Source of the DNA: Amphiscolops sp. MND2022
Taxonomy: Eukaryota
Length of the DNA stretch: 64,000 nucleotides
NCBI GenBank assembly: GCA_964187785.1
Contig: OZ076413.1
Location: forward strand, 49,168,001 to 49,232,000
Reading direction: 5' to 3'
Under the pieces are notes generated by a model that saw only the letters and a list, made by a program, of their open reading frames with translations, was not told where the DNA came from and made no database searches. The position numbers were made by a program, and so were the translations under genes. Each line of letters opens with the position of its first letter. Position 1 is the stretch's first letter. Positions 49,501-61,696 of this stretch are shown piece by piece.

Positions 49501-52500
49501 CCTTTTAGATGCTTTTAGTCGGTCCTTTTTGTAACAGTACCCCACTCTTACAGTGGCAAGTTTTTTCCTGTTTTTGTCAGACCACAAATCTCGCACTGAT
49601 TCGTCCACTTTTTAAACATAGTTTCGCTTGGCCGCCACTTGGCCTAGCGGTTAGAATGCATGCTTGCCAAGCAGGAGGTGGTGGGCTCGAACCCAGCCGA
49701 GGACTGTTTTTGGTCGGCGCATTTTCCCTTGAGGATATCCCCCCTTTTGATATTTTGTAACAGATCGGATGTTAAAAAATCTCTAAGGGTCCTCCCCCTT
49801 TACATTTTTCGGCACTATGAGACTGTTCAAATTTCTCATTTTCTGTCTGCTATTAGGTTTTCTCAATAGATATCCACCAATAATTTTTAGTCGGCGCTTC
49901 ATGAAGTGAAACGCGACTATACTAGTGGCTTTTTTTCAATCCACACGAACTGGCCAAAATAGTTCTTAAAAGTTCTACGCAATTTTATGGTGTCAAATTG
50001 AATCATTTGGCCTAGTGAACCAAAAAGGTTTTTCCTTTTTTTTCGCGTAACACACAATACAGGGCGAGACTAAAGGGTTCCCCTTCCATTTTTTTCGGCA
50101 CTATGAGACTTTTTCCGATTTTTTTTCAACGAAGGGTCCCCCTTCTTTTTTTGATGTTTTGCGATAGAATGGGTTTTAAAAAATTCCGAATGGTCCACCC
50201 TTCCAGTTTTTTCGTCATTGTGGGACTTTTTTTGGAAATTTTTTTCACCAAAGGGTTCCCCCTTCAATTTTGTAGATGTTTTGCGACAGAAATGTTGAAA
50301 AATCCCAAAGAGTCCCCCTTTTAGCACCTCAATTCGGTCCAACTTTTGGGTTTTTCGGGTACTGTAAAAGAGAATAAATACATGGCATTTTGAAGTCCTT
50401 TTGCTATTTTTGAGCCTTAGATATGGCACCGACTTATGCCGTTCCCGACTTGTTCAATAATATCCTAATTTTGGAGGTGGAGGTTCGAAAATATTGCGCT
50501 AAATCCGAATTTTCGACATTATATCCGAACTTTATTGCGTTTTACTGAGGTGGAGGCTGAGGTTCGAAAACAGCCGCTAACATTTGTCTCAGCACGCTAT
50601 ATTCAAACTTTTGACGCTATATCCAAAGTAATTTGCGTTTTACTGAGGAGGAAGAGGCGTAGGATTGAGAAAAAGCGCTCGCATTTGTCTCAACGCTATA
50701 TGTGAACCGATTAGCTTTCCGGGAATGAAGCGCACCCTTTGGGTGTTTCGAAAGTTTTCTGATTTTGCATAAAAACGGCTCGGTATATTTTAAAAAACTT
50801 TCGCCTTAGGTATAGCGCCGACTTCAGACGTTCCTGTCTTGTTTAGTTTTTGACATCAAAGGGTTGTTTCGGCACTGTGCGATTTTTTTCCGCAAAGTTT
50901 TCATTTCACCCTGTTGTAACTCAGGAAAATACTTCGCTGCTTGAGTGTTTTGACTCTGTGCGACTGTTTTGGGAATTTTATTTCAGCAAGTTGTTTTAAA
51001 TGTTTTCAATCAAAGAACCGTCTGCTTTTCACCTAAATTTAGCAAATTGAACAAAAACTATCAAGTCGGGAACGGCCCAAGTCGGCGACATATATAAGGC
51101 TCAAAAATAGCAAAAGAACTTCAATGTGTCAAGAAAACGTAATATCCGAACTTTGAAAATGTTATATCCGAACTTTGAAAACGTTACATCCGAACTTTGA
51201 AAACGTTATATCCGAAGTTTGAAAACGTGATATCTGAACTTTGATAACGTTATATCCGAACTTTGAAAACGTTACATCCGAACTTTGAAAACGTTATATC
51301 CGAACTTTGAAAACGTTACATGCGAACTTCAAAACGTTATATCCCAACTTTGAAAACGTTTGAACAAATGAACAAAAAAGTGGACCATTTAGAGTGAACT
51401 GAGAAAAAAACTACTAACTGTAAGTCGGGTTTTTTTTCTTAAAGGAAAAGGCGCCGACTAAAAAGTGTACTTTTCAATGACACCTGGAGAAATAACTATC
51501 ATCTGCTTTGAAAAAGCACTGACTAAAACACAAGCCGAAAAGAGACCATTTCGGAGCCCCGCTCAGATTTCAAAATATATGTTCAAAAAATATTCAAATG
51601 CTGACACTTTACACGCAAAAACGAGCCGGGAACAACCGAAATCGGGACACCGTGCAAAGTTCAAACAGAGAAAAGTGTTATAACTATGCTACGGGACTCT
51701 ATTGTGAAAGTTTTAATCAAACTTACAGTGCCAAAAAATACCCGAAGGCTTAATCAAAAGACTCGAAAACCGCATTTTCCCGGACTCGAAATGTGGAAAA
51801 AACCCAATTGTTGTCGAATGCGGTAACACAGTAAAACTTCAAGATTTTTTTTTTCAAAAACAGCTCGAGAAAAATCGAAGTACGTTTGCGCTCTTTAATC
51901 CCTAGGCGGAGCACTGATTTTAGCCGTTCCGGTCTTATTGGATTTTAAGACATGGCTTCAATTAAATCGGATATCAATGACGGAAATGGTCGCATTTTCA
52001 AGTTTTTGTCGTTATAGGCAAAATCATTTGGGCGCGCAGCCGATGTCGCAGAAAGCGAGAGAAGTTGTTTTGGAGGACAGAAAACAGTCTCAACTTATTT
52101 ACAAGGTAGTAACATTCCTCTTTTTGATAAACAAAAACTTCTGTTGCTTTGCGTTGTTATCTTGCATGAGGAACCTGAGTATCCCAGTTTTGCTTCCAAT
52201 GTGATCTTGCTGGCAAACCGAAAACCGACCTTCAATAAGTTTTTGGTTCTGTATTTGAGATAAAAGAAGAATTTAAAGTATGAACGCGAAACGATTACAG
52301 CTTCGTTTTTCAAATGAAGAAATTCTCTGTTCATGTATTTGACATGAGAGCCCAGTAACGGCCAAACAATGGTTATTATTTTTTGGTAATGTCACTATTA
52401 TGAGGCAGCAGCACCTTCTATAGGGACTCAAATGTCGCGATGCTTTCAAGCGATACTTCTCATATCAAAGTTGATATCAATGTTTTAGAATGAAACAAGG

Positions 52501-55500
52501 TTGGAGCCAATAGCAGAGGAAGAATACGAGCGGGAGAAAACAAAACTTCTCTCTCGGAGAACTTACAGGCGAGCAGATGATGTAAGTGTGTTCATGGTGT
52601 ATTTATTTTGGTAGCCGTGACTTTTAGCCGACCGATAATATAACCGAATGGTTCTCTGACCGAAATTCTCAAAATGGATTTTTATCCACCTGCTTCCCCG
52701 TACCTGATGTCCTATTAGCTGGCCCTGTAGCTCTCATTGATCATTGGAACAAAGTTATGAGCTAACAGAAGCAGCAACGCGGTAAAAGACAAAGTTGACG
52801 GAAGCAAGTTTCAATCTAAGATAAAACAAGCGGTAACGGCATAAGTCGGCACCCCTCTTAAGGCTCAAATTTCTTTTTTGAATAAATTCTCAACTTCGCA
52901 GCACTGAAAAAATACCAAGGGGGACCCTTTGCCATAAAAAAGCTTTTTGCTTTTGTTCTCACCAGAAATATCAAAAAATCAAAACTTTTTTGTTTCTTTT
53001 CCCACCAGAAACCATATGGAAGAAATCATATGAAACAAAAACTTTTTTGTGAAATATAAGTATTCCAAAAAAATCACACAGTTTTGAAAAAAAAACCCAA
53101 AGAAGGTATCCTTTGGGCGTAAAAACGCTTTCCCTATCCAAAAATATCAAAAGTTTCTAACCATCAATTTTAAAAAAGTCTCCATTAAAAGGTTTTGACA
53201 ATTTTGACCTCCGTAACTTACATAGTGCCCCTGAAAATCAGGACAAAATGGAGTCTTTGATTCAAGCAATCAACTTCAAACTTGAAAACATTTTTCGTTT
53301 TAGATTCCTCCCCAACAAGCACTGTTCGATCACTACAAGACGAATCTTTTTGCGAAACGACATTTTGCTAAAGAGCGATTCAAGCTGGCTGTTCGCAAGG
53401 TACGTGCACTTAAAATTTCTTTATACTCCCACTTCAAATCCAAATCCACTTTCGAATTAGTTGCCTGACTGCAAAAATTGAAGTTAGCTCATGCATAATT
53501 AATTATATTTACTTTCAAAACGTTACTAGAAACTATAAGGCATCTTTATATTGTCTTCAAATGGAATGGAAATAAAATCGTAACCAAAAATATATTTCTT
53601 GTAAAAAATAATTAGACTTTAATTATCAGTAATCTAAGACCTGCTGGGCAGTTTTTGGTAGTACCGTGTAGTGTATCTACCATAAGGTATGTTCTGGGTG
53701 CGAGACAACCACTCAATTTAATATTGCTCGGTCTAAAACACTCCCCGAATATACATGTATGGCGTGATTTTCTTTCACACCCCCGAAAGACCTGTGCCTC
53801 GTGACGAATGAGCCGAGTCAACAATCAATTTTTGACTCTGCTCGACTTGAAAACGGGGTGTTCAAGATCGATAGAAAATGAAGATATCAACCGATTTAGA
53901 TCTAAATAGATTGATGTCCTATTTTTTAATCAATCTACACCTCGTTCTAGAAAAGAAGCCTACAAAATTTAAATATTGAATCTGAAGTTGATGATATTCC
54001 TCTACTGTGTAATGTAAGACAGTCCCAAATGTAAAATGTCCTCTTTCATATGACGTCATTTGGCACATGCCTTATGATAGGAAAAACACGGTATGTATTA
54101 CACGGACTGTAATGAATCACTCGGAAGGAATATTGAACATGGATTTAAGTTCTCGTGTAGATTTTCCTTTCATCATATTTGCTACAAACTTGGAGCCTGA
54201 CTTCAAAAGGCTTTCAATTCCCAGAAAATCGGCAGCTATGAGTAATCGACCGACCATGGGGGCATTTTCTTGGAAAAACTTTTCCTCGTTTTCGGGCAAA
54301 GTGCTGTCTTTGTTCCTACTGGAATACCCCGAAAAAGGACCATAATGGATCTCGTATTGCGCCTCCAGGGGTTTCGTGGGCTCTGATTGCGCCATTTGTT
54401 GATCGTGTTTTTGGAGCCAGGTCAGAACTAGTTGAAAAGTAGCACCATTTATGTGATCCAGGTCTATAATCTCCACTCGGTTTTCGTTGACTGCGTTTCG
54501 CCAAAATTTGGTCTTGAAGGAAGAAGTCTGGCTAGTTTTTGGTGGGTTCTTGGAGGAGAAAGAAGCGGAAGAGGAGGGATTAGAAGGCTCCCCCGATGAG
54601 TCATCATCATGGGTGTCAACAGTGGGGGGATCGGAAGGAATGTCTTCACACATCCTTTTGATCGTTCTGCACCTCATCATTTCACTCTCTTTCACACTGA
54701 ACACCTGGAATATAAAGCGAAATTAAACTCCAAAAGTTAATTTTTTGGTTGCCTTCTACTGGGCCTATCCTCCAAGATTGGTTCTGTCTCTAATTGTGGA
54801 GATGAAAAATTACTTTTGTTGGCCAACTAGACCCTTGTTTGCAACCAGTGTCAACTTTTCCACCGGAACTGTAATTTTCAATCTGCGAATTATCTCATTT
54901 AAATCACCGAAGTTAATGATGAAATTTTCTATTATCAAAACGCTGTCTTTCAGAATAGCTTTCGAACCAATCGACCGTAAAAATCAGAGCAGACAAGCAC
55001 ATACCTAACAATAAGTACTGACCAGACTATTCAGTTCAAGACGTTTTAACCTCGCGAAAGCAGACATTTCAATGTCTCACTCTGAAGCACTAAATAAAAC
55101 AGATCTAGCGTTTGAAACGACCGACTAAACTGTTTTTGTGAATCCCGAAAGTCTCAAATTGTTAATGTATTGATGGTTAGGGAAATGTTTGAGATTTTGT
55201 CTCAAATATGGTGTTTTTGAAGGGTATACCCTCAAATACCTCGGTATACCTCTATGAAAATAAGTTGCCTGATCATTAACGTTTCACTCCTGCGTTCAGA
55301 GCACTAGAAGTATGATGCCACCACTGATGACGATTGCATACTTCCGACATTATTTCCCTTCCGGTATTGTGACGTAATTTCTTTGGACAATGTTTATAAA
55401 TTTTTTGTGTGCTGCTGCTTGTTCAAATTGGTATCACTACTACACGCATAAGCATTGAACCTGAATAGCTGCCACCCTAGAAAGAATCATAAAATGGAAA

Positions 55501-58147
55501 CTTCATAGTTTGAGTTCAATTCTATTTGTGGTATTTTCATCTTTTATCAAAAAATGGTGGGGTAAACAGACAGAAAATAACCAGTAGACAAAAAAAGTAG
55601 TTGAGGCATTCCTGTTTTTAGTGGGCGTTTTCGAAGAAAATGCACGACTCTTACAGTGGCTGGTTTTTTTCGTCAGTTTAACGCAACGCGATCGGTCCAC
55701 TTTTTTGTTCATTTGTTCAACATCATCAACTTGAACTACGGACGTCCAAAACATACTCGAAACGCCAGAAACTCGTCCAAAACCAAAACATCGACGGCCA
55801 CGAAAACATAGGATCTTCCTTGGTGTTTTTCACTCGGATTTTTTTCGGCACTATGCGACTTTTTGACTTTTTTTGGATTCCACCAAAGGGTCTCCCCTTC
55901 GTTTGTTTCGATATTTTGCAACAATGGATGTCAAAAAATCCCAAAGGGTCCCCCTTTTACACTTTTCGGCACTGAGACACTGTTCAAATATCTCGTTTGT
56001 TTTTTTTTCGGAAATTTTTCAAAATCTCCCAAGGGTCCCCCTTTATTTTTTTTCATATTTTGCAACCAACTGGAGTTTCACAAAGCCCAAAGGGTTCCCC
56101 CTTTTACAATTTTTGAGCCTTAGACTTTGGCCGTTCCCGGCTTGTTTTTCACTAACCTTATTGTCGCTGCACTTGAATGTAAGAGTCGGTTCGACAATCG
56201 AGGCTGTCTTTTCATCGGAACTCATAATGAATTAATCAGAATTTCGAAACAGTCAGTAACTAGTTATCACCAAATAATGATGTTTTCTGTTATTGCAATG
56301 AATGAAGTTTGTGACTATTGAAACAATTGTAATCAAACGACAGAAGAACCGAGCGTTATTTGATGTTCTTCGTATGAAATGACCGCTGGTTTCGAAGCCA
56401 GAATGGCAAACTTTGTTTATCAAATATAGATTTTCCTATTGGAATATCACTTCGAATGTGAAAAAGTGGTTCAAACATAGCAACGACAGTGAATCAAACT
56501 AGTTTACGAGAGATTATTCTCTTCAAAGCTCTTCTATGTCAAATAAAGTTACTATTATGTAGTCAGACTAGTTAAACTACTATATTAATAAATGGTGAGA
56601 TCTATTTTTAGGCATTTGCTGTAAAATATTCTATGTTCTAGCTGCATTTTGAATGCGCTTGAATCATTCGACTGTCAAATATTCGGAGATATATCGGTTA
56701 CGTCATGGTCATCTAAGAAAGAATAGGTAATTTTCATTGGTTGCACGAAATCGGCAACGCCAGAAATCTTTCGTGTACCATGGCGTCGTGGTGTTCATAC
56801 GTTGGTCGTACAATGGTACGATGGTACACAGTGGTGCAATGAGTTGTAGATTGTGTTTTTCCCACTGTGAAAAGGCTTTTTTTGCTGCTATGAACTGCTT
56901 TGGCAAGGAAGGTATTCATTGAAAGCTGGGAATAAGAAAATTTGAATCATTCATTCCCGCTAAATTTCCTTTTAAGGCAGGCAACGTCAACTGAAAAATT
57001 TTTTTTTTTCAACTGAACTGACAAAAACCAACGCCCCTATTATCTTCATCGGGTTGTAGTTGAAAGAAGAGTGATTGAATGTTTCCCCTATCTCATAACC
57101 AGTGGTTTGATCGCTACCCAAATTTAACGCAATCACTGATTACCACTTTTTGAAATTATCGCTACCGCTAGTTATCTGTTATCTGAAAGATTCGCACTTC
57201 TTGCTTTTTGTCTTTTTGTTTGAAACAAGCCGGGAACGGCCCAAGTCGGCGCCATATCTAAGGCTCAAAAATAGCAAAAGGAAAACAAAACATCCGAACT
57301 TTGAAAACGTTACATCCGAACTTTGAAAACGTTATATCCGAACTTTGAAAACGTTATATCCGAACTTTGAAAACGTTATATCCGAACTTTGAAAACGTTA
57401 CATCCGAAGTTTGAAACGTTATATCCGAACTTTTAAAACGTTATATCCGAACTTTGAAAACGTTATATCCGAACTTTGAAAACGTTACATCCGAAGTTTG
57501 AAACGTTATATCCGAACTTTGAAAATTTTACATGCGAACTTTGAAACGTTGTATCCGAACTTCCCGAACTTTGAAAACGTTTGAAGAAATGAACAAAAAG
57601 TGGATCATTCAGAGGGAACTGAAAAAAACTACCCACTGTAATAGTCGGGCACTTTTCGTAGGAAAAACGCCGACTAAAAATGGCATTGTTGAGATCCTGA
57701 ATTCAGTTTGTAAACAAAACACTCATGCAGTTACTTTTTCATGAATATTAGACACCAAAAGCGAAGAGGGCCGCTCTAATTTTTGACATGTGACCGCTTT
57801 CTCTTGTTGCAAATCATGTGAAATTTTTCAGATGAAGTGAAATGAAAAATTTAGCTGTTCGAATTAAAATTGAGTTACAGCTAGCTAACGCATCATAAGG
57901 TTTGAATGGCAAAGGGGGATCCCAATTTAAAGGGACCTTTCTCATGGAACAATTTAGATTTCGAAAATTTAGGTTGTCTTCAAAGTTCTGACTTAATGTG
58001 GCTGTAGTGCTCAGTTTGTCAATAATACTTTGAATGATTACATGTTGTTTTAGGCTATGATCCAGTACAGATGTGAAAAGCGGGTTGTGAAGACCAGGCA
58101 ACTCATTTCTGATTTCAAATCTGGACTCGTCGGAAAACCCAAACAAG
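43586..58147 (+). CDS. CFAP221: Cilia- and flagella-associated protein 221 (PCDP1), multi-exon, 3'-incomplete in window
   Basis: Phase-consistent exons 43586-43697, 43774-43874, 44167-44349, 44965-45172, 45624-45940, 47911-48022, 49236-49347, 52018-52105, 52489-52581, 53304-53399, 58054-58147, and possibly 58266-58315. Peptides FSPDEWRYYHDTIRIHC, VPMHAYPVM, IPLTCTAPIDFQF, GKLKIKDL, TKQMKEAVFE and LRWQNHLG match CFAP221 as I recall it. Confidence 0.9.
46468..46944 (-). mobile_element. Helentron-associated non-autonomous element (HINE/DINE-1-like)
   Basis: subTIR AGTCGGCGC/GCGCCGACT, 5' palindrome, 3' stem-loop then CTTGTT, T-rich flanks. Confidence 0.65.
47397..47875 (+). mobile_element. HINE-like element
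   Basis: TTTTTAGTCGGCGCTTTTC..GAAAAGTGTCGACTA ... GCGCCGACTTGG-GCCGGTCCCGGC-TTGTTT. Confidence 0.7.
49513..50844 (+). mobile_element. Nested HINE-like elements (inner copy 49884..50454)
   Basis: Two 5' ends (49513, 49884) and two 3' ends (50454, 50844). Confidence 0.6.
49630..49703 (+). mobile_element. tRNA(Gly-GCC)-like SINE head or pseudo-tRNA
   Basis: A box TGGCCTAGCGG, arm TGC-TTGCCAA-GCA, B box GGCTCGAACCC; poor acceptor stem. Confidence 0.5.
51062..51463 (-). mobile_element. HINE-like element with internal 21-bp tandem array
   Basis: (ATCCGAACTTTGAAAACGTTA)n x about 10 at 51143-51360 between family termini. Confidence 0.7.
54117..54704 (-). CDS. Skp1-like protein, last exon; N-terminal exon unresolved
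   Basis: TIKRMCED, IDLDHINGATFQLVLTWLQKH and LLIAADFLGIESLL..VANMMKGKSTRELKSMFNI match Skp1 POZ and dimerisation motifs; TTCCAG acceptor precedes 54704. Confidence 0.85.
   Translation of the reverse strand: MFSVKESEMMRCRTIKRMCEDIPSDPPTVDTHDDDSSGEPSNPSSSASFSSKNPPKTSQTSSFKTKFWRNAVNENRVEIIDLDHINGATFQLVLTWLQKHDQQMAQSEPTKPLEAQYEIHYGPFSGYSSRNKDSTLPENEEKFFQENAPMVGRLLIAADFLGIESLLKSGSKFVANMMKGKSTRELKSMFNIPSE
55615..56148 (+). mobile_element. HINE-like element
   Basis: Same termini and GGCACTxTGCGACT / AAAGGGTCCCC internal modules. Confidence 0.65.
57222..57680 (-). mobile_element. HINE-like element with 21-bp tandem array
   Basis: Same as the 51062 copy, about 13 units at 57291-57580. Confidence 0.7.
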
Positions 58148-58459
58148 GTAACATTAATGGATCAACACCACTGATTTGTTTCCCCTATTTGGTATTACAT
58201 TGCATTTTTATAGAGATACTAACGAGTGTATTTACTTCATTTAATTTGCTTTGATGAATCAAAAGGTGGTTTGGAGAAAGAGCCACTGAGGATACCATCT
58301 GATGAGAAGTTAGGGGTACGTATCTAGAAGGCTCCATTCTCTTAAGAAGCTGACATCGGATACGGAAAATATACCCTAGTTGAGAATTCCGTGAAGTTTT
58401 GTAAGCACATGAATAAAATGCAGGCTAATTTTCGATAAAACATAGAAAAATCAGGGACC

Positions 58460-58575
58460 CTGCATGGAAAATTTTGTAAAACTTCCCTGCATCTTGGAAA
58501 ATCTTGGAAAACTTCCCTGCATCTTAGAAAATCTTGGAAAACTTTCCTGCATTTTGCAAAAACTTGGAAAAATAT
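58460..58575. repeat. 30-bp tandem repeat x about 3.5
   Basis: AAAACTTCCCTGCATCTTGGAAAATCTTGG units. Confidence 0.8.
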
Positions 58576-58879
58576 CCACTAAGCCTCGACAAAAAATCTT
58601 CAGCAAAAATCCTGAAAAGGATGCAATTTTTGTAATTTTTTGATCTCTCAATCTTTTAGTTCTCACAAAAAGGTCCTCTTCTCGCAACCTAATAAGAGCT
58701 GAGAAAAAACTGAATTCCAACTAAAAGGAAATTAAAAAGCAAACATATTTTATTTCTATGTTAAATGGGAATTCAATGTACTTTTATGTTTTCTGGGAAT
58801 TAATTTATTTTTATGTTATTTGCATTTATGTCATTTGGGAAACCACCGTCTAAACACTGGAATAACATTTAAAATTAAC

Positions 58880-59160
58880 GAATACAGTAAAGTTTAGGCC
58901 TTATTTTACCGAAATGAAGGGATTTTAGGCGTTTTCCACCACTAAAATGACGTTACCGGAATAAGGACTAAAATTGAAAATAAAAGATCCAAACACTTGA
59001 ATACCGACTAAAAAAGTTGACGATACGTCTAAACACTTGAATAACAACTAAAACTGATGAATACAGTAAAATTTAGGCCTTATTTTACCGAAATGAAGGG
59101 ATTTTAGGCGTTTTTCCACCACTAAACTGATGCTACCGGAATAAAGACTAAAGTTGAAGA
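58880..59160. repeat. Tandem duplication, period about 179 bp
   Basis: GAATACAGTAAA.TTTAGGCCTTATTTTACCGAAATGAAGGG at 58880 and 59059. Confidence 0.85.
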
Positions 59161-61007
59161 TAAATAAATACACATTGGCCTGAAATTTCACTGAAATTTT
59201 TGGATTAGAATTTTTCAGTTCCAAAAATTTTGTTGAGATTTTTTCCTGAAAAACACCAAATTTTTCACCTCATTCGAAAAACTTCAACAGAAATGCTCAC
59301 AAAAAGCTGTAAAAGTCCTTTCCGTTTGTCCATCAGATTTTTTGAATTTTTTTGACGCTAAAAACGTTTCAAAAAAGAATTGAAATTTCAACCAATCAAA
59401 ACAGCCTTATTTTGATACTCCATTTCAAAGTAGTTCCCTAAAAATGCCGTGTATAACTTTTATTTGGAAATGTTTTCGTTTTTGCAAACCCGAAAAGTGA
59501 TAAATATAGCTCGTTCCGACAGTTTTAATGCAAAAAAATTTTTCCCACTGAAAAAAAAATCCAGTAATACGAATTTGTTTGCCACACTGCCACGCGTTGA
59601 CTATTTGTTTACAACATATTGTAGCGTCTGTGCTTACAAAACTTGAGGTTTTGCCCACGCAAACCTGCAAAATTTTGCGGGGACTTTGTTCTTTGATTTT
59701 CTTGATGTTGCTCTGAAAACCCGCCAAATTGTATAGAAATCCTAATAAATACCTGAAAAAATAGCATTGCATCAGAGAATTATTTTGCATTAATGATTGT
59801 ATATGAAACTCCCAAAATCATGCTAAAAGTGCTTGGTAGCCTATGAAATCATGTAAAAGTTTCAAGCAGTTTCAACTAGGGTATGCAAAAATATGGAAGT
59901 ATGCAACAAATGGTTCAGCTCGGCATGAAAACTCCGGATGTGAAAAGGTTTCCAAGGAATTGAAAGTGGATCGAAAATTAATATTGTATACACATATTTC
60001 CAGAGAGCTTTCGGTAAATTAAATCATGACATCCTGGTATTGAAACGTTGGGAGTCTGCGGAACGCTGGGCTTTTTTCTGTTTTCCCCCACCACCAATTT
60101 TTTGAAAAATTAGTGAAAATCTTATAATAAAAAGACGTGAATACAAACCAGAAAGTTTCAAATTTACATTTATTCTTAGTGTGACAGTTTAGGTTTTAGA
60201 TACAAACTTTGTTCACACTTTTTCAATATTTACTCACGCATTTTTTGATGAAGAAATCAACAGCTTCCTGTTTTGAGTCATCAATAAACACTTAATACGA
60301 GCATAAGTATAGTCAAAATGTGTGAACAATGTTTTGTTCAAGCAAAAAAACTTGATAGATGTTAACTACCCGTTATGAAAGGACGTTTTACTTTTAATTA
60401 GGCTAGTTTAAAGTTTTTGAGGAAATTTACTTCCAAAATTTTGGACAGAAAATTTTGGTGGGGACAGAAAAGAACCGGACGCTGTTTCAGCTTCTGGAGA
60501 GCTATCTATCGAAACGTAGTGTTGGAGTTTCTGAACTTTTGGGCCTGTTTAAAATTGTACTCCTGAGGTCCCTCTTTTTTCTTGAAAATTATCCATCACT
60601 TCGCATACACCCGCGAGTTTAGCTCATGTTTTCTCGTGTAGATGATGCTAATTTGGTTGTTGCTTCAATCAGTCGTTGCTTCATTGTGTTCTAAAACAAC
60701 AGTCGTATTGCTGACAAATCTTGCCATTCTTGTTTTTTCTTCAACATTGAAGGTTTGAAGTAGTATAGGAAATCCCGATACGGGCCACAAAAACCCCAAA
60801 AATTAAAAGTCCTCAAAACCATTGATTTTAAGCACTTTTTAGAAAACAAATCATCAAAAATAGTGTTTTTACCATGAAGCAAAATTCACTAACCTCTATG
60901 ATGCGCGAAGCTACGCAATGTGTAATAATAACACGTTGCTGTACAGCCAGCATTAATGCACAACCAGCAGTAATGCACAACCAGCAACAATGAAAAATAA
61001 CTAATAA

Positions 61008-61433
61008 ATGAACTATTTATCATTCAAAGAATTTGTTGAAAAATACGGACTAAAAAACGAAGCAACTTCCAATGTAAAAATAAAAGAAATACTTGATAGG
61101 CTTGGTGCCTCCGGCGAAATAAATACAGTGTGTGGAATATACATGAGAGATGATAAGTTTAACACTACCAGTGGTATAGTTAACTTACATCCCTCAGTGG
61201 GAACACATTGGGTTATGTTTACAAATCAAAATTATTTTGATTCATATGGATGCCCACCCCCAACTAATATACTTAATCATATTAAAAATGGTATTTATTC
61301 AGAATATCAAATTCAGACCAACGACAGTTATTGCGCGGCGTATTGTTTATACACACTGTATCTCACAAATAAAATTGGGTTCAAAAATGCAGTACTAAAT
61401 TTATACTACCAAACTTTCAAACTTAATAAATGA
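61008..61433 (+). CDS. Adenain-like cysteine protease (Polinton PRO)
   Basis: GIVNL..GTHWV (His), YFDSYG.PPP (Asp), QIQ...SYCAAYC (Gln, Cys). Confidence 0.9.
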   Translation: MNYLSFKEFVEKYGLKNEATSNVKIKEILDRLGASGEINTVCGIYMRDDKFNTTSGIVNLHPSVGTHWVMFTNQNYFDSYGCPPPTNILNHIKNGIYSEYQIQTNDSYCAAYCLYTLYLTNKIGFKNAVLNLYYQTFKLNK

Positions 61434-61660
61434 AGAAAATTAATAATTATTCAACTCAATATAAAATTATCTCGCGCAGCTTCGCGCTAGCTCCCGCGAC
61501 AGCTAACGCACAAAATTTCACGCACAGCTCCACAGAACAGCTTCACAATCAAAATCATGGGAAAAATACAACAAACCTTCTTAAGAAAACATTATCAAAA
61601 GATAGACAAGAATTTATAAATAACATTTCCGCTAGTGGATTCAAACAATTTAATCTATAA
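61430..61660 (+). CDS. Small viral hypothetical protein, 76 aa
   Basis: ATGA overlap with the protease stop; TAATAAATG start; ends ..ISASGFKQFNL. Confidence 0.6.
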   Translation: MKKINNYSTQYKIISRSFALAPATANAQNFTHSSTEQLHNQNHGKNTTNLLKKTLSKDRQEFINNISASGFKQFNL

Positions 61661-61696
61661 TGCGGAGCTGAGAAAAAAGGATTTTTTTCTTAATAA

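Noticed and set aside
41440..49703. Functional tRNA genes at 41.5 and 49.65 kb
   Set aside because: A and B boxes are present but acceptor stems are not, and both sit inside transposon-derived sequence.
51143..57580. 21-bp arrays as CRISPR repeats
   Set aside because: Units are contiguous with no unique spacers, there are no cas genes, and they lie inside eukaryotic dispersed repeats.
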